The notes under the pieces: model-generated
Seen by the model: the letters and a program-made list of their open reading frames with translations, nothing else
What the model was told of the DNA's origin: nothing
The model's database searches: none
In this document: positions 28,982 through 37,873 of the stretch, one piece after another
Layout of the letters: each line of letters begins with the position of its first letter
Numbering within the stretch: position 1 is the first letter of the stretch
Translations under genes and position numbers: made by a program
From: Staphylococcus phage VB_SavM_JYL01
Sequence record: MH159197.1
Length of the DNA: 64,000 nt
Direction: 5' to 3' (one strand)

Positions 28982-29073
28982 GAATTTTACTATAAAGAGT
29001 ACTTAAAATAGGTTAAGTGCTCTATATGGTACCTTAAAATGGCTTAGAATTGAAATTAAGGAGATGAAAAGTT

Positions 29074-29367
29074 ATGTATCCTGATATAGGTGAGTTAGCT
29101 TATAAATTAAAAAGTACTAGAGAAAGACTAGAAGGTATTATGATGGAGGAAGTTTGGGAAATACATCATAGAGAGACAGGAAAATTAGTTTTTAAAGGTG
29201 GATACTTAGAAGTAAAAGAAATATTAAGAAAAATGTATAAGGAGAATTTAACATTAGTAGATGTAGACACAATGTTAAATATCGGTCAAGGGTTTTTTGA
29301 TGTTGCTAAAAGTATATCAGCAGAAAATGTATTTCAAATAAACTATAAAAAGGAGTTACCACGATGA
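29074..29367 (+). CDS. hypothetical protein
   Basis: 97-aa ORF with an SD aaggagatg. Confidence 0.55.
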   Translation: MYPDIGELAYKLKSTRERLEGIMMEEVWEIHHRETGKLVFKGGYLEVKEILRKMYKENLTLVDVDTMLNIGQGFFDVAKSISAENVFQINYKKELPR

Positions 29368-30272
29368 TTAAAGTATTTTCAGAAATGGATACAAAATATA
29401 GAACGATTGTACCGGAGAAATTCCCTAATGGAGAAATTAATTTTAAATATGATGACCTAAAATATTTAGTAGAAGGAGAACTATGGTTTGATGTTTTCTT
29501 TAAATGGGAAACTGATGCAGACTTAATGCATTTGTATATGTTTACTAAGTATCTAGAACAATTAGGTATTAAAAATAATGTTTCCTTCCTGGAAATTGCA
29601 TATTTACCTTATAGTAGAATGGATAGAGTAGAAAAAGGTCATAGCAATATGTTTAGTCTTAAGTATATTGCAGAATTTATTAACAATCTTAATTATAAAT
29701 CTGTGTTAATAGCAGAAGCTCATAGCCCTGTCACAGAAAATCTAATTAAAAATTCTGTTTCTATAGGTGTCACACTTAAATTATTAGACCAATATATTGA
29801 AATGTCTGAAGAACCTGCAACAATTGTACTACCGGATAAGGGAGCTTATGACAGATACCTATCTGATGTGGAAGACATCTTAAGGGATTCCAATATTGAA
29901 AATTATTCAATTGTATATGGTGAAAAGAAACGTGATTTTGAAACAGGTAAAATTAAAGGTATTAAAATTGTTAAAGATAAAAATACTCTATATGATAACT
30001 GTATTATACTAGATGATTTAACAAGTTATGGTGGTACATTTGTAGGTTGTAAAAAAGCCCTTGACAATCTTAAGGTAGATAATGTATCATTAATATTGAC
30101 TCATGCAGAAAAAGTATTTCAAGACGGTAAATTATTTGAGTCAGGATTTAAAGATATTATTGTAACAGACTCAATGTTACCTGATAATCAGTGGGAAAAA
30201 GCTATTGCTAAACATAGAGCACAAGAAAACGAAACAGAATTACAAATAAAGAGTATCGAAAGATATTTATAA
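29364..30272 (+). CDS. ribose-phosphate pyrophosphokinase (Prs) family protein, divergent; candidate ADPR-PP synthetase of a NARP1-type pathway
   Basis: Prs-like SRMDRVEK and the PRPP-binding loop LDDLTSYGGT are present. The SD is aaaaaggag. It is adjacent to the NAMPT homologue. Confidence 0.75.
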   Translation: MIKVFSEMDTKYRTIVPEKFPNGEINFKYDDLKYLVEGELWFDVFFKWETDADLMHLYMFTKYLEQLGIKNNVSFLEIAYLPYSRMDRVEKGHSNMFSLKYIAEFINNLNYKSVLIAEAHSPVTENLIKNSVSIGVTLKLLDQYIEMSEEPATIVLPDKGAYDRYLSDVEDILRDSNIENYSIVYGEKKRDFETGKIKGIKIVKDKNTLYDNCIILDDLTSYGGTFVGCKKALDNLKVDNVSLILTHAEKVFQDGKLFESGFKDIIVTDSMLPDNQWEKAIAKHRAQENETELQIKSIERYL

Positions 30273-30289
30273 AAGGAGAAGAATAAACT

Positions 30290-31759
30290 ATGCTAAATCC
30301 AACATTAATGTGTGACTTTTATAAATTAAGTCACAGAGAACAATACCCTGAAGGTACAGAAATTGTATACAGTACACTTGTACCTAGAAGTAATAAGTAC
30401 TATGAACATAGTGATAATATTGTAGTATTTGGTATTCAATCACTTGTTAAAAAATATTTTATTGATATGTTTAATAAAGAATTCTTTAATAGACCTAAAG
30501 AGGAAGTTATTAATGAATATAAACGTACAGTTAAATTCACATTAGGACAAGAAAACCCTGACGCTAAACATTTAGAGCAGTTACATGACCTAGGTTACTT
30601 ACCTATTGATGTAAGAGCTTTAAAAGAAGGTACAGTAGTTCACCCTAATACACCTGTTATGACAATTGAAAATACCCACTCAGATTTCTTTTGGCTAACT
30701 AATTATTTAGAAACTATTATTAGTACTCAAACATGGCAAGCAATGACTAGTGCTACACTAGCATATGATATGCGTAAAATGCTAGATAAGTATGCATTAG
30801 AAACAGTAGGTAATATTGAAGCAGTAGATTTCCAAGGTCATGACTTTAGTATGCGTGGAATGAGTTCATTAGAAACAGCTCAATTAAGCTCTGCAGGACA
30901 TGCAATTAGTTTTAAAGGTAGTGACACTGTACCTGTAGTAGACTTTTTAGAATCTTACTACAATGCAGATGTAGAAAAAGAAATGGTCGTTGCTTCCATC
31001 CCTGCTACCGAACATTCGGTTATGTGTGCAAATGGTGATTACGAGACAATGGATGAATATGAAACATACAAACGTATGTTAACAGAAATTTATCCAACAG
31101 GAGTATTCTCTATTGTATCTGATACTTGGGATTTTTGGGGTAATATGACTAAAACTTTACCTAGATTAAAAGATATTATTATGGAACGTGACGGTAAAGT
31201 AGTAATCAGACCTGATAGCGGAGACCCTGTTAAGATTATTTGTGGAGACCCTGATGCAGATACTGAGTATGAACGTAAAGGTGCTGTAGAAGTACTTTGG
31301 GATACTTTTGGAGGTACTGAAACTGAAAAAGGATATAAAGTACTAGATGAACATGTAGGATTAATCTATGGTGATTCTATTAACTATGAGCGTGCTCAGC
31401 AAATTTGTGAAGGATTAAAAGAAAAAGGTTTTGCAAGTATTAACGTTGTATTAGGTGTAGGTAGCTTCTCTTACCAATTTAATACTCGTGATACTCATGG
31501 GTTTGCAATCAAAGCAACATATGCTAAGATTAAAAATGAAGAGAAACTTATCTATAAGAATCCTAAAACAGACAGTGGGAAACGTTCACATAAAGGTAGA
31601 GTAGCTGTTTACAAAGATGGTTCATGGGAAGATAACCTAACTCTTCATCAGTGGTTAAATAAACAAAATTTAAACCAATTAGAACGAGTATTTGAAGACG
31701 GTAAACTGTACAGAGACCAGTCACTAAGTGAAATTAGAGAAAGAATTAAAAATAATTAA
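30290..31759 (+). CDS. nadV: nicotinamide phosphoribosyltransferase (NAMPT/NadV) family protein
   Basis: 489-aa ORF with NAMPT-type signature GVGSFSYQ. The SD is aaaggagaag. Confidence 0.85.
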   Translation: MLNPTLMCDFYKLSHREQYPEGTEIVYSTLVPRSNKYYEHSDNIVVFGIQSLVKKYFIDMFNKEFFNRPKEEVINEYKRTVKFTLGQENPDAKHLEQLHDLGYLPIDVRALKEGTVVHPNTPVMTIENTHSDFFWLTNYLETIISTQTWQAMTSATLAYDMRKMLDKYALETVGNIEAVDFQGHDFSMRGMSSLETAQLSSAGHAISFKGSDTVPVVDFLESYYNADVEKEMVVASIPATEHSVMCANGDYETMDEYETYKRMLTEIYPTGVFSIVSDTWDFWGNMTKTLPRLKDIIMERDGKVVIRPDSGDPVKIICGDPDADTEYERKGAVEVLWDTFGGTETEKGYKVLDEHVGLIYGDSINYERAQQICEGLKEKGFASINVVLGVGSFSYQFNTRDTHGFAIKATYAKIKNEEKLIYKNPKTDSGKRSHKGRVAVYKDGSWEDNLTLHQWLNKQNLNQLERVFEDGKLYRDQSLSEIRERIKNN

Positions 31760-31779
31760 TAAATATTTAAACTCCCTAT

Positions 31780-31817
31780 TGACAAAGGGAGTTTTTTATT
31801 ATATAGTATAACTATAG
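31780..31817 (+). terminator. terminator hairpin with TTGACA in its loop; promoter TTGACA-17-TATAGT
   Basis: aactccct-attgacaa-agggagtt followed by ttttt, then attatatagt. Confidence 0.65.
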
Positions 31818-31828
31818 TAAATAAAGGA

Positions 31829-32083
31829 GTGAAAGAGATGATTTATAAAATATCAAAACATAATTATTATAGTAGGTTTGAGTATTCTACTTACCCTCCT
31901 GATGAAGGGTTTGCGTATGTAGATTATGTAGATGTGATTCTTATCGGTGTAGATAATCCTAAGAAAAAAAAGGTTATTACCTTAAAAGTAAATGAGTTCA
32001 ATTCGGATGACTATAAAGTAGGTCATAAGTACAATATTATAAAAATACTATGGTTTGAAAAATGGGAATGGTTAAAGCCATAA
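31829..32083 (+). CDS. hypothetical protein
   Basis: 84-aa ORF with an SD aaaggagtg. Confidence 0.5.
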   Translation: MKEMIYKISKHNYYSRFEYSTYPPDEGFAYVDYVDVILIGVDNPKKKKVITLKVNEFNSDDYKVGHKYNIIKILWFEKWEWLKP

Positions 32084-32102
32084 GTAAAAGGAGAGAAATA
32101 AA

Positions 32103-32495
32103 ATGATTATAGATAAATTAAATGGAGTTAAACTAGAAATAAGCGGTCATGTCGTATCATTTAGTGTAAGAAAGTTTGATACAATTAATGGTGAGAGACA
32201 ATTAATAGACTACCATCATATTAAAAGAAATAGACAAAAGTACTTTAGAACTACTGAAGAATTTTATAATGAATATAAAGAAATTAAGCCTGACAAAAAT
32301 GAAATAGATGAAATGTTTGAATCTCTAGGTTACGTAGATACTGAGTTAGATGATGTAGTAAGACACCTGGAAAAGGTTACTGAAATATTAGGAGTTAGTG
32401 AACAATATTTAAATCAGTTATCTTATAAAGCTATAGAAGAGTATGTAGATAAAGTAGTTACACTTGAAATTAAAGAGTTGAAAGGAGAGAAATAG
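32103..32495 (+). CDS. hypothetical protein
   Basis: 130-aa ORF with an SD aaaggagag. Confidence 0.55.
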   Translation: MIIDKLNGVKLEISGHVVSFSVRKFDTINGERQLIDYHHIKRNRQKYFRTTEEFYNEYKEIKPDKNEIDEMFESLGYVDTELDDVVRHLEKVTEILGVSEQYLNQLSYKAIEEYVDKVVTLEIKELKGEK

Positions 32496-32496
32496 C

Positions 32497-32694
32497 ATGA
32501 ATAATAACTGGGAAAAAGAAAGGGTTAACTATTGGGAAAACGAAGACTGTCCGAGGGAATACTTAGAAAAAGCATTCATTGACCTAGTAGAATATGTCGA
32601 AGGAGTTACAGTATCATCTAAAGATGTTAAGCAGTTAAGAGAAGATAAACTTAGAGAAGATATTGGGTTTTATGAGTACGTAGCTGATAAATAA
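32497..32694 (+). CDS. hypothetical protein
   Basis: 65-aa ORF. Confidence 0.5.
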   Translation: MNNNWEKERVNYWENEDCPREYLEKAFIDLVEYVEGVTVSSKDVKQLREDKLREDIGFYEYVADK

Positions 32695-32700
32695 ATTAGT

Positions 32701-32738
32701 ATCTACCTATTGACTTAGGTAGATATCTATTATATAAT
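32701..32738 (+). promoter_or_regulatory. hairpin with TTGACT in its loop; promoter TTGACT-17-TATAAT
   Basis: atctacct-attgactt-aggtagat, then atctattatataat. Confidence 0.55.
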
Positions 32739-32759
32739 AGTATACAAGGAGATGAAAAT

Positions 32760-33071
32760 ATGAAAAAGTTAATAGTATTACTTACAATTACTATTTCTCT
32801 ATTACTAGGAGGTTGCTCTCCTGATAACCATGAGGGTAAAGTAGTAGGGGTAGGTGAATACAGAGAACCAACTACTTATATAAAATCAGGTAGCGTTACT
32901 GTCCCAGTCATTGGTGAAATGAAATATTATGTAGATTTAGAGACAGATAAAGGAGAAGACCGTGTATATCTTAATAAAGAGGTCTATCATAAGTTTGATA
33001 AAGGTGATGGTTTCTCTAATGTAGGTAAGAAAGTGTACAAGAATGATGAATTAATATATAAAGGAGACTAA
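32760..33071 (+). CDS. lipoprotein
   Basis: Signal peptide plus lipobox LLGGC. The SD is caaggagatg. Confidence 0.6.
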   Translation: MKKLIVLLTITISLLLGGCSPDNHEGKVVGVGEYREPTTYIKSGSVTVPVIGEMKYYVDLETDKGEDRVYLNKEVYHKFDKGDGFSNVGKKVYKNDELIYKGD

Positions 33072-33076
33072 GTAGT

Positions 33077-33376
33077 ATGACACAATTTATACATGATAAG
33101 AAAGATAGTTATAATAGTACAAATCGTAATTTTGATACTCAATATTATAAAAATATACCTTTACAACAAATTGATAGGGGCTATGGTCAAGCAAAAGCTA
33201 GGAGGTTTACAATAAATAATACGAACCAAAATATATGGATACCTATGACATATTTAAGACCTAACGGTACTCTTAAAAATAATATTGATATAGATTGGAT
33301 ATTTGTTAAAGAAAAAAATAGTTTAAAGAAAGCAGGATTAGAAATAAAAATAGAAATTACAGAAGGTGGATTATAA
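33077..33376 (+). CDS. hypothetical protein
   Basis: 99-aa ORF with an SD aaaggagac. Confidence 0.55.
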   Translation: MTQFIHDKKDSYNSTNRNFDTQYYKNIPLQQIDRGYGQAKARRFTINNTNQNIWIPMTYLRPNGTLKNNIDIDWIFVKEKNSLKKAGLEIKIEITEGGL

Positions 33377-33615
33377 TGTATATACTAGAGAGAACAATTA
33401 AAGGTTTTGTAGGTCAAAAAGATGATATCTTACCTTATTACTTCAGAAGTAAAAGGGAAATTGTTCATTTCTTAAAATTAATGGAATTCCGTAAGAAAGA
33501 AACAAATTATTGGGTTAAAAAGAATGGTGATTTTACTATTATAATAAGAGCTAAAAAATTATTATATATTGAAGAATATATACAAAAACTAAAGGAGTGG
33601 GAAAATGACTTATGA
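33376..33615 (+). CDS. hypothetical protein
   Basis: 79-aa ORF with an SD gaaggtgg. Confidence 0.5.
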   Translation: MYILERTIKGFVGQKDDILPYYFRSKREIVHFLKLMEFRKKETNYWVKKNGDFTIIIRAKKLLYIEEYIQKLKEWENDL

Positions 33616-33766
33616 TGTGTTTGTATTATACAAAAGAAGAGAACCTATTGCACAAGGTAGTATGGAACATTGTTTAGATGTCTATTATTGGGAAAGATTA
33701 CATGGATATAGTAATAAAGGGTATGAGCTATTACCTATAGAATATGACCAGGAGGAACAATTATGA
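33605..33766 (+). CDS. 53-aa hypothetical protein (below the track cutoff)
   Basis: ATG 33605 overlaps the upstream gene end, and the stop overlaps the next start (ATGA). Confidence 0.4.
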   Translation: MTYDVFVLYKRREPIAQGSMEHCLDVYYWERLHGYSNKGYELLPIEYDQEEQL

Positions 33767-34098
33767 ATAGTACAAAATTAGTAGATTATTTTACAAGTAA
33801 ACAAGGTAAATATCTAATATTACCTGATGAAACTAAAGTTAGGTTATCTAATGTAGATTTAATGTCTTACATTATGAGACTCACTTTTACTTATAACACA
33901 GAAGTTGTGTCTATAGATATTGATAAGTTATACTCAGATTCTATAGAAATGCATATACCACAAGGTCTTTATATGACAACTGTTGTTAAAATTCCTAATA
34001 CACAGAGTGTTAGTTCAGTTCTTCATAAGGTATTAGAGGAATGGGTAAGACAAGTACAAAATGATGGTATATTCGGATTCGTATGGGAGGAATTTTAA
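33763..34098 (+). CDS. hypothetical protein
   Basis: 111-aa ORF with an SD caggaggaac. Confidence 0.55.
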   Translation: MNSTKLVDYFTSKQGKYLILPDETKVRLSNVDLMSYIMRLTFTYNTEVVSIDIDKLYSDSIEMHIPQGLYMTTVVKIPNTQSVSSVLHKVLEEWVRQVQNDGIFGFVWEEF

Positions 34099-34316
34099 TG
34101 TATAGATTTTTATTGTTTAGCTATTCTGATTATTACCCTTGCGGTGGGATGGATGATGTAGAGCTTAAGTTTAATGGTTTTTCTGAGTTAATAAGTAACA
34201 AAGATGATTTGTATTTAAGTGAAAATATTGAAATATACGATACTAAGTATGACAATATACTATATATTAGTAACAAAGAAACGATATTAAGTGAATTTAG
34301 AGACTATTTAGGATAA
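34098..34316 (+). CDS. hypothetical protein (start MYRFLLF)
   Basis: An SD tgggagg sits 7 nt before ATG 34098. Confidence 0.5.
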   Translation: MYRFLLFSYSDYYPCGGMDDVELKFNGFSELISNKDDLYLSENIEIYDTKYDNILYISNKETILSEFRDYLG

Positions 34317-34353
34317 TGGTAAAAATAATTAAAAAATAAAGGAGAAATGTAAA

Positions 34354-34629
34354 ATGGCAAGAGAAGCTAAACAAACAGTAAATACATTATTACAAAGATA
34401 CAGAACAGCATTAAGAGCAAAGAAAATTATTTTTAACTTAACAGATGACCAAATTGAAGAAATGGACTTAGAAGTAACACTTACTACAAAGTATAGTAAT
34501 AGTGTGACAAATCAGGTAATTAAAGGTACTGACAAGGATGTTTCAATGCTTATCCTGATTTTAAGTAACGAAGAATTTAATGATAAGGTTATTAATATTG
34601 AAATTGAAGAAATCAATATTATTTTATAA
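34354..34629 (+). CDS. hypothetical protein
   Basis: 91-aa ORF with an SD aaaggagaaatg. Confidence 0.55.
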   Translation: MAREAKQTVNTLLQRYRTALRAKKIIFNLTDDQIEEMDLEVTLTTKYSNSVTNQVIKGTDKDVSMLILILSNEEFNDKVINIEIEEINIIL

Positions 34630-34690
34630 AAACTTTAACTCTATTAAGAGAAGGGCAACTAGTATTTAATTTTAAATGGGAGGAATTAAT

Positions 34691-34858
34691 ATGATAAATA
34701 GATATAAAAAGGTATGGGATGAAATAACCCAACAAATTGTTAATGTAGAAATTATTAACTTTAAAAATGAAACAGTAACAATAGAATCTACAGATGATTC
34801 AGGATTATCAGAGATAAGAGGTTTTGAAGAAGTAGAGTTTATAGATTACTATGGATAA
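34691..34858 (+). CDS. hypothetical protein (start MINRYKK)
   Basis: An SD tgggagg sits 8 nt before ATG 34691. Confidence 0.45.
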   Translation: MINRYKKVWDEITQQIVNVEIINFKNETVTIESTDDSGLSEIRGFEEVEFIDYYG

Positions 34859-34894
34859 GATGTTTAAAGTATATAATTTATAAGGAGGAAACAT

Positions 34895-34996
34895 ATGGAC
34901 TTGTTTGCAAAAATAATTATTATGTCTATAGGAGTTGTCCCTTTAATTACATTTATGGTATGTTTAGCTATAACAGATTATTATAATAGACATTAG
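34895..34996 (+). CDS. 33-aa membrane micro-ORF
   Basis: An SD taaggagg sits 7 nt before the ATG. The protein is MDLFAKIIIMSIGVVPLITFMVCLAITDYYNRH. Confidence 0.35.
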   Translation: MDLFAKIIIMSIGVVPLITFMVCLAITDYYNRH

Positions 34997-35282
34997 GACT
35001 AATAGGAGTATGTTGACTAATAAGGAAGATATATAGGAGAGGAGTTAATCAAGTAAAACCAATAAAATCAATTAAAACCAAGTAAAGTAACTAAACAATA
35101 CCTAGAGCCTGGGAAAACTTTTACCTCTCCCACTCAGCCTATTACTTACTACCGACTTCCCTAACTATGTATTCTATAGTTATAATATTCATTTATTATA
35201 CAATACTTAAACTATAGTATTGTAACCTTAATCTATACTGAAGCGGTATTAATCTATTGTTATTATATAATAATCTTATATA

Positions 35283-35414
35283 ATGGTGGTATAATCTAGG
35301 TTATTACATTAGAATCATTCTAATCTAGAATTTTAATCTTTAGACCCTAGGAAAAGTGGTACTAAAATATAGAACCCTATAGGTATGGGATTCTTATTTT
35401 TAAAATTACTAAAA
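35283..35414 (+). ncRNA. candidate small RNA (extended -10 TGGTATAAT to a terminator-like hairpin)
   Basis: An extended -10 aatggtggtataat precedes about 110 nt with no ORF. This ends in agaaccctataggtatgggattct plus tattttt. Confidence 0.25.
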
Positions 35415-35534
35415 AGTATTAGGTTTTCCCTAGGGTAAAGTTTTAATGTACCTAAAATCGTAAGTAGCTCCTTATCATTTAGGTCTGTTTAATTGAGAAT
35501 ATTAGAAGATATCCGCTTCAATTACAATTAAAGG

Positions 35535-35665
35535 TTGACAACTATGAAGCGGTATGTTATACTTAGTATTGTAGGGGTGGTTCCCTACAGACCTAGACTA
35601 TGGTCGTGATTTTGGTTTGCATATTAGTGTCATTCATAACCCCTACTGGAATAGGGGTTATTTTT
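35535..35665 (+). ncRNA. candidate small RNA (promoter TTGACA-17-TATACT to a rho-independent terminator)
   Basis: ttgacaactatgaagcggtatgttatact precedes about 95 nt with no ORF. It holds an internal hairpin tgtaggg-gtggtt-ccctaca and ends in aaccccta-ctggaa-taggggtt plus ttttt. Confidence 0.3.
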
Positions 35666-35674
35666 ATTTAAGTA

Positions 35675-35703
35675 TTGACATACTCTAAGTAGTATGGTAT
35701 GAT
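35675..35703 (+). promoter_or_regulatory. sigma-A-type promoter TTGACA-17-TATGAT
   Basis: ttgacatactctaagtagtatggtatgat. Confidence 0.5.
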
Positions 35704-35726
35704 TAGTATATAAGGAGATGAATAAT

Positions 35727-36023
35727 ATGATTGATATATACTTAGGGGAAAACTATAATACTGATTACTTATCTACTATTATGAATATTATAAAGACTTC
35801 CGCTTCAAGAGAGTTAAGTTATGGGTTTAATAATAAAGAAGCGGATGTAAATATAGAGGATATGAAGTATGAAGGTGATGTTATGCATGTATATGGTACG
35901 ATGTCTATGGATTATCCAGGCTGTATTATTATATGTATTACTAGTGAAGAGACTAAGGTTATATATGGTGGTAACTTTCTAACAGGTACAGGTCTTAGTC
36001 AAGAAGTTAGAGAAAAATTCTAG
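35727..36023 (+). CDS. hypothetical protein, paralog family A member (start MIDIYLGENYN)
   Basis: An SD aaggag sits 9 nt before ATG 35727. The N-terminus matches the 37000, 37290 and 37577 proteins. Confidence 0.65.
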   Translation: MIDIYLGENYNTDYLSTIMNIIKTSASRELSYGFNNKEADVNIEDMKYEGDVMHVYGTMSMDYPGCIIICITSEETKVIYGGNFLTGTGLSQEVREKF

Positions 36024-36034
36024 GGGGAGTTATT

Positions 36035-36205
36035 ATGATTATACCATTAATTATATTCATGATGACCTTCGGTACATTTGCATTCAGTTATGTTGCACAT
36101 GATGCATACAAAGTAGATGAAAAAGGTATCATGTATGCTATGGTAGTTGGTATTGTAGTTATAAATGGGATTGGTTTAGAAATGATAATTGTAGAATGTT
36201 TATAA
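36035..36205 (+). CDS. 56-aa membrane protein (below the track cutoff)
   Basis: An SD tagggggag sits 6 nt before the ATG. The protein has two TM helices. Confidence 0.45.
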   Translation: MIIPLIIFMMTFGTFAFSYVAHDAYKVDEKGIMYAMVVGIVVINGIGLEMIIVECL

Positions 36206-36218
36206 AGGAGGTAGTAAA

Positions 36219-36404
36219 ATGATAGGTCAAATTATACTATTAGCTATTGTTAGTATAGTTACAATAGGTTGTGTAGGATTATTTTTCTATGAGACGTTCA
36301 AGAGTATTAAGTATGATGCTAATGATAAAATCTTTATGATTACTGGGAGTATATTAATGTTAGTTATTATCGTTAGTGGTGCATTAGCTATACTTGGCAT
36401 TTAG
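36219..36404 (+). CDS. small membrane protein
   Basis: 61-aa ORF with two TM helices and an SD aaaggaggt. Confidence 0.5.
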   Translation: MIGQIILLAIVSIVTIGCVGLFFYETFKSIKYDANDKIFMITGSILMLVIIVSGALAILGI

Positions 36405-36672
36405 AGCTCATTTAAGAAGCGGTTAAGTAGTTCATGATAAATTGGTCTAGAAATATATGACCGCTTCTCTATGGAAGGCTGAGAGGGTTTAGAATTGAAA
36501 GGAGAGATATAATGGCTATATTTTTTAGTATTTTATTATTGATTAACATATACTTAATATACTATGAATGTACTTCAGTTACGTTTGATTGGTGTGCACT
36601 GCTTATTTACGTATGCTCATTATGCTCTTGTATTTATTTAATAGTATATTTTGTATAAAAGGAGGAGATATA

Positions 36673-36987
36673 ATGCAAGCAACTATATACTGTGCTAATA
36701 GGTATAGTAAAAATACATTAAAGAGTCTTTTAGAAAAATTAGAAGCGGAGAATAGAAACTTAACATATAGTACTGACATATCAGATATGGAGGAAGTGGA
36801 TGTTATTGTACAACACACTGACTTATCTTTTGCAGAGTTAATGGATTCTTGTGATAGAGTAAGTAAAGGGTCTGACCGCTTCCAAGTATTTGTAGGTAAT
36901 CACGCAGGGTATTATATAAACGGTGATTTATATATTAACGAAGTAGGTAAGTTTATTGTACCTAGGAAAACGAATATGATGATGTAA
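36673..36987 (+). CDS. hypothetical protein, divergent paralog family A member (start MQATIYCANRY)
   Basis: An SD aaaggaggag sits 6 nt before ATG 36673. The shared pattern is IYxxxxYxxxxLKxLLExL...R.LTY. Confidence 0.55.
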   Translation: MQATIYCANRYSKNTLKSLLEKLEAENRNLTYSTDISDMEEVDVIVQHTDLSFAELMDSCDRVSKGSDRFQVFVGNHAGYYINGDLYINEVGKFIVPRKTNMMM

Positions 36988-36999
36988 GGAGGAAATATA

Positions 37000-37290
37000 A
37001 TGATTCATATATTTGTAAAAGAGGATTATAATAAAGAAACATTAAGGAGTTTACTTGAATATATTAATGATACTGTAGGTAGGGAATTAACTTATGGTAT
37101 TAATACAGACTATGATAAGGATGTAGTGATTGAAACCGATGACCCTATAGATGAGGAGAATACGATTGATTTATCAAATCTTCCTCACTTTAAAGATGAC
37201 TTATGTATTCTTATAGAAGAATTATACTGTAAGGCATTTGTTAATGGGGAACCTATTATTATACGTAAGTATGTAGAGGGGATGTTATAA
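37000..37290 (+). CDS. hypothetical protein, paralog family A
   Basis: The protein is MIHIFVKEDYNKETLRSLLEYINDTVGRELTYGIN... The SD is gtaaggagg. Confidence 0.65.
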   Translation: MIHIFVKEDYNKETLRSLLEYINDTVGRELTYGINTDYDKDVVIETDDPIDEENTIDLSNLPHFKDDLCILIEELYCKAFVNGEPIIIRKYVEGML

Positions 37291-37577
37291 TGATTATAAT
37301 ATTTTTAACTGAAAAATATGATGCCAAGGCTTTAAAGAAAGTATTAGAACATATTGATAATTGTAGTAGCAGAGGTCTTAGCTATTTAATGGGAAAAGGA
37401 GAAGCGGATGTATGTATAGAGAAGAATGTATTCAGAGAAAGAGATGATGTAAGGATTAACTCAAACATTATTGATGAAGGTAAACTTTGTATACTCATAA
37501 ATAAAAATGGTTTAGAATGTAGTTACTATAGAGGTGTATCATGTAATATTGGTGCCTTTGTAAAGGAGAGATTATAA
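37290..37577 (+). CDS. hypothetical protein, paralog family A
   Basis: The protein is MIIIFLTEKYDAKALKKVLEHIDNCSSRGLSY... The SD is gagggg. Confidence 0.65.
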   Translation: MIIIFLTEKYDAKALKKVLEHIDNCSSRGLSYLMGKGEADVCIEKNVFRERDDVRINSNIIDEGKLCILINKNGLECSYYRGVSCNIGAFVKERL

Positions 37578-37870
37578 TGATAGAAATATATCTCAGTGAA
37601 AACTATGATAGGGATTTACTCAAAGCAGAATTAAAATGGATTAAAGAGACCGCTTCAAGAGAACTAACTTATGATGTTAATAGAAGCCCAGGATTAGATG
37701 TACATATTAGTCCTTTTAGATATACCAAGGATGAGGTTGAAGAAATGAGCTTACATCCTCAGTTTGAAGATGATGTATGTGTATTTATAGCTGAAACATG
37801 GATACATGAGTATCGTAATGGTAAATCAATAGGTGTAGATAGTATGGAAGAATATGTAAAGGAGATGTAA
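37577..37870 (+). CDS. hypothetical protein, paralog family A
   Basis: The protein is MIEIYLSENYDRDLLKAELKWIKETASRELTY... The SD is aaaggagag. Confidence 0.65.
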   Translation: MIEIYLSENYDRDLLKAELKWIKETASRELTYDVNRSPGLDVHISPFRYTKDEVEEMSLHPQFEDDVCVFIAETWIHEYRNGKSIGVDSMEEYVKEM

Positions 37871-37873
37871 TTA

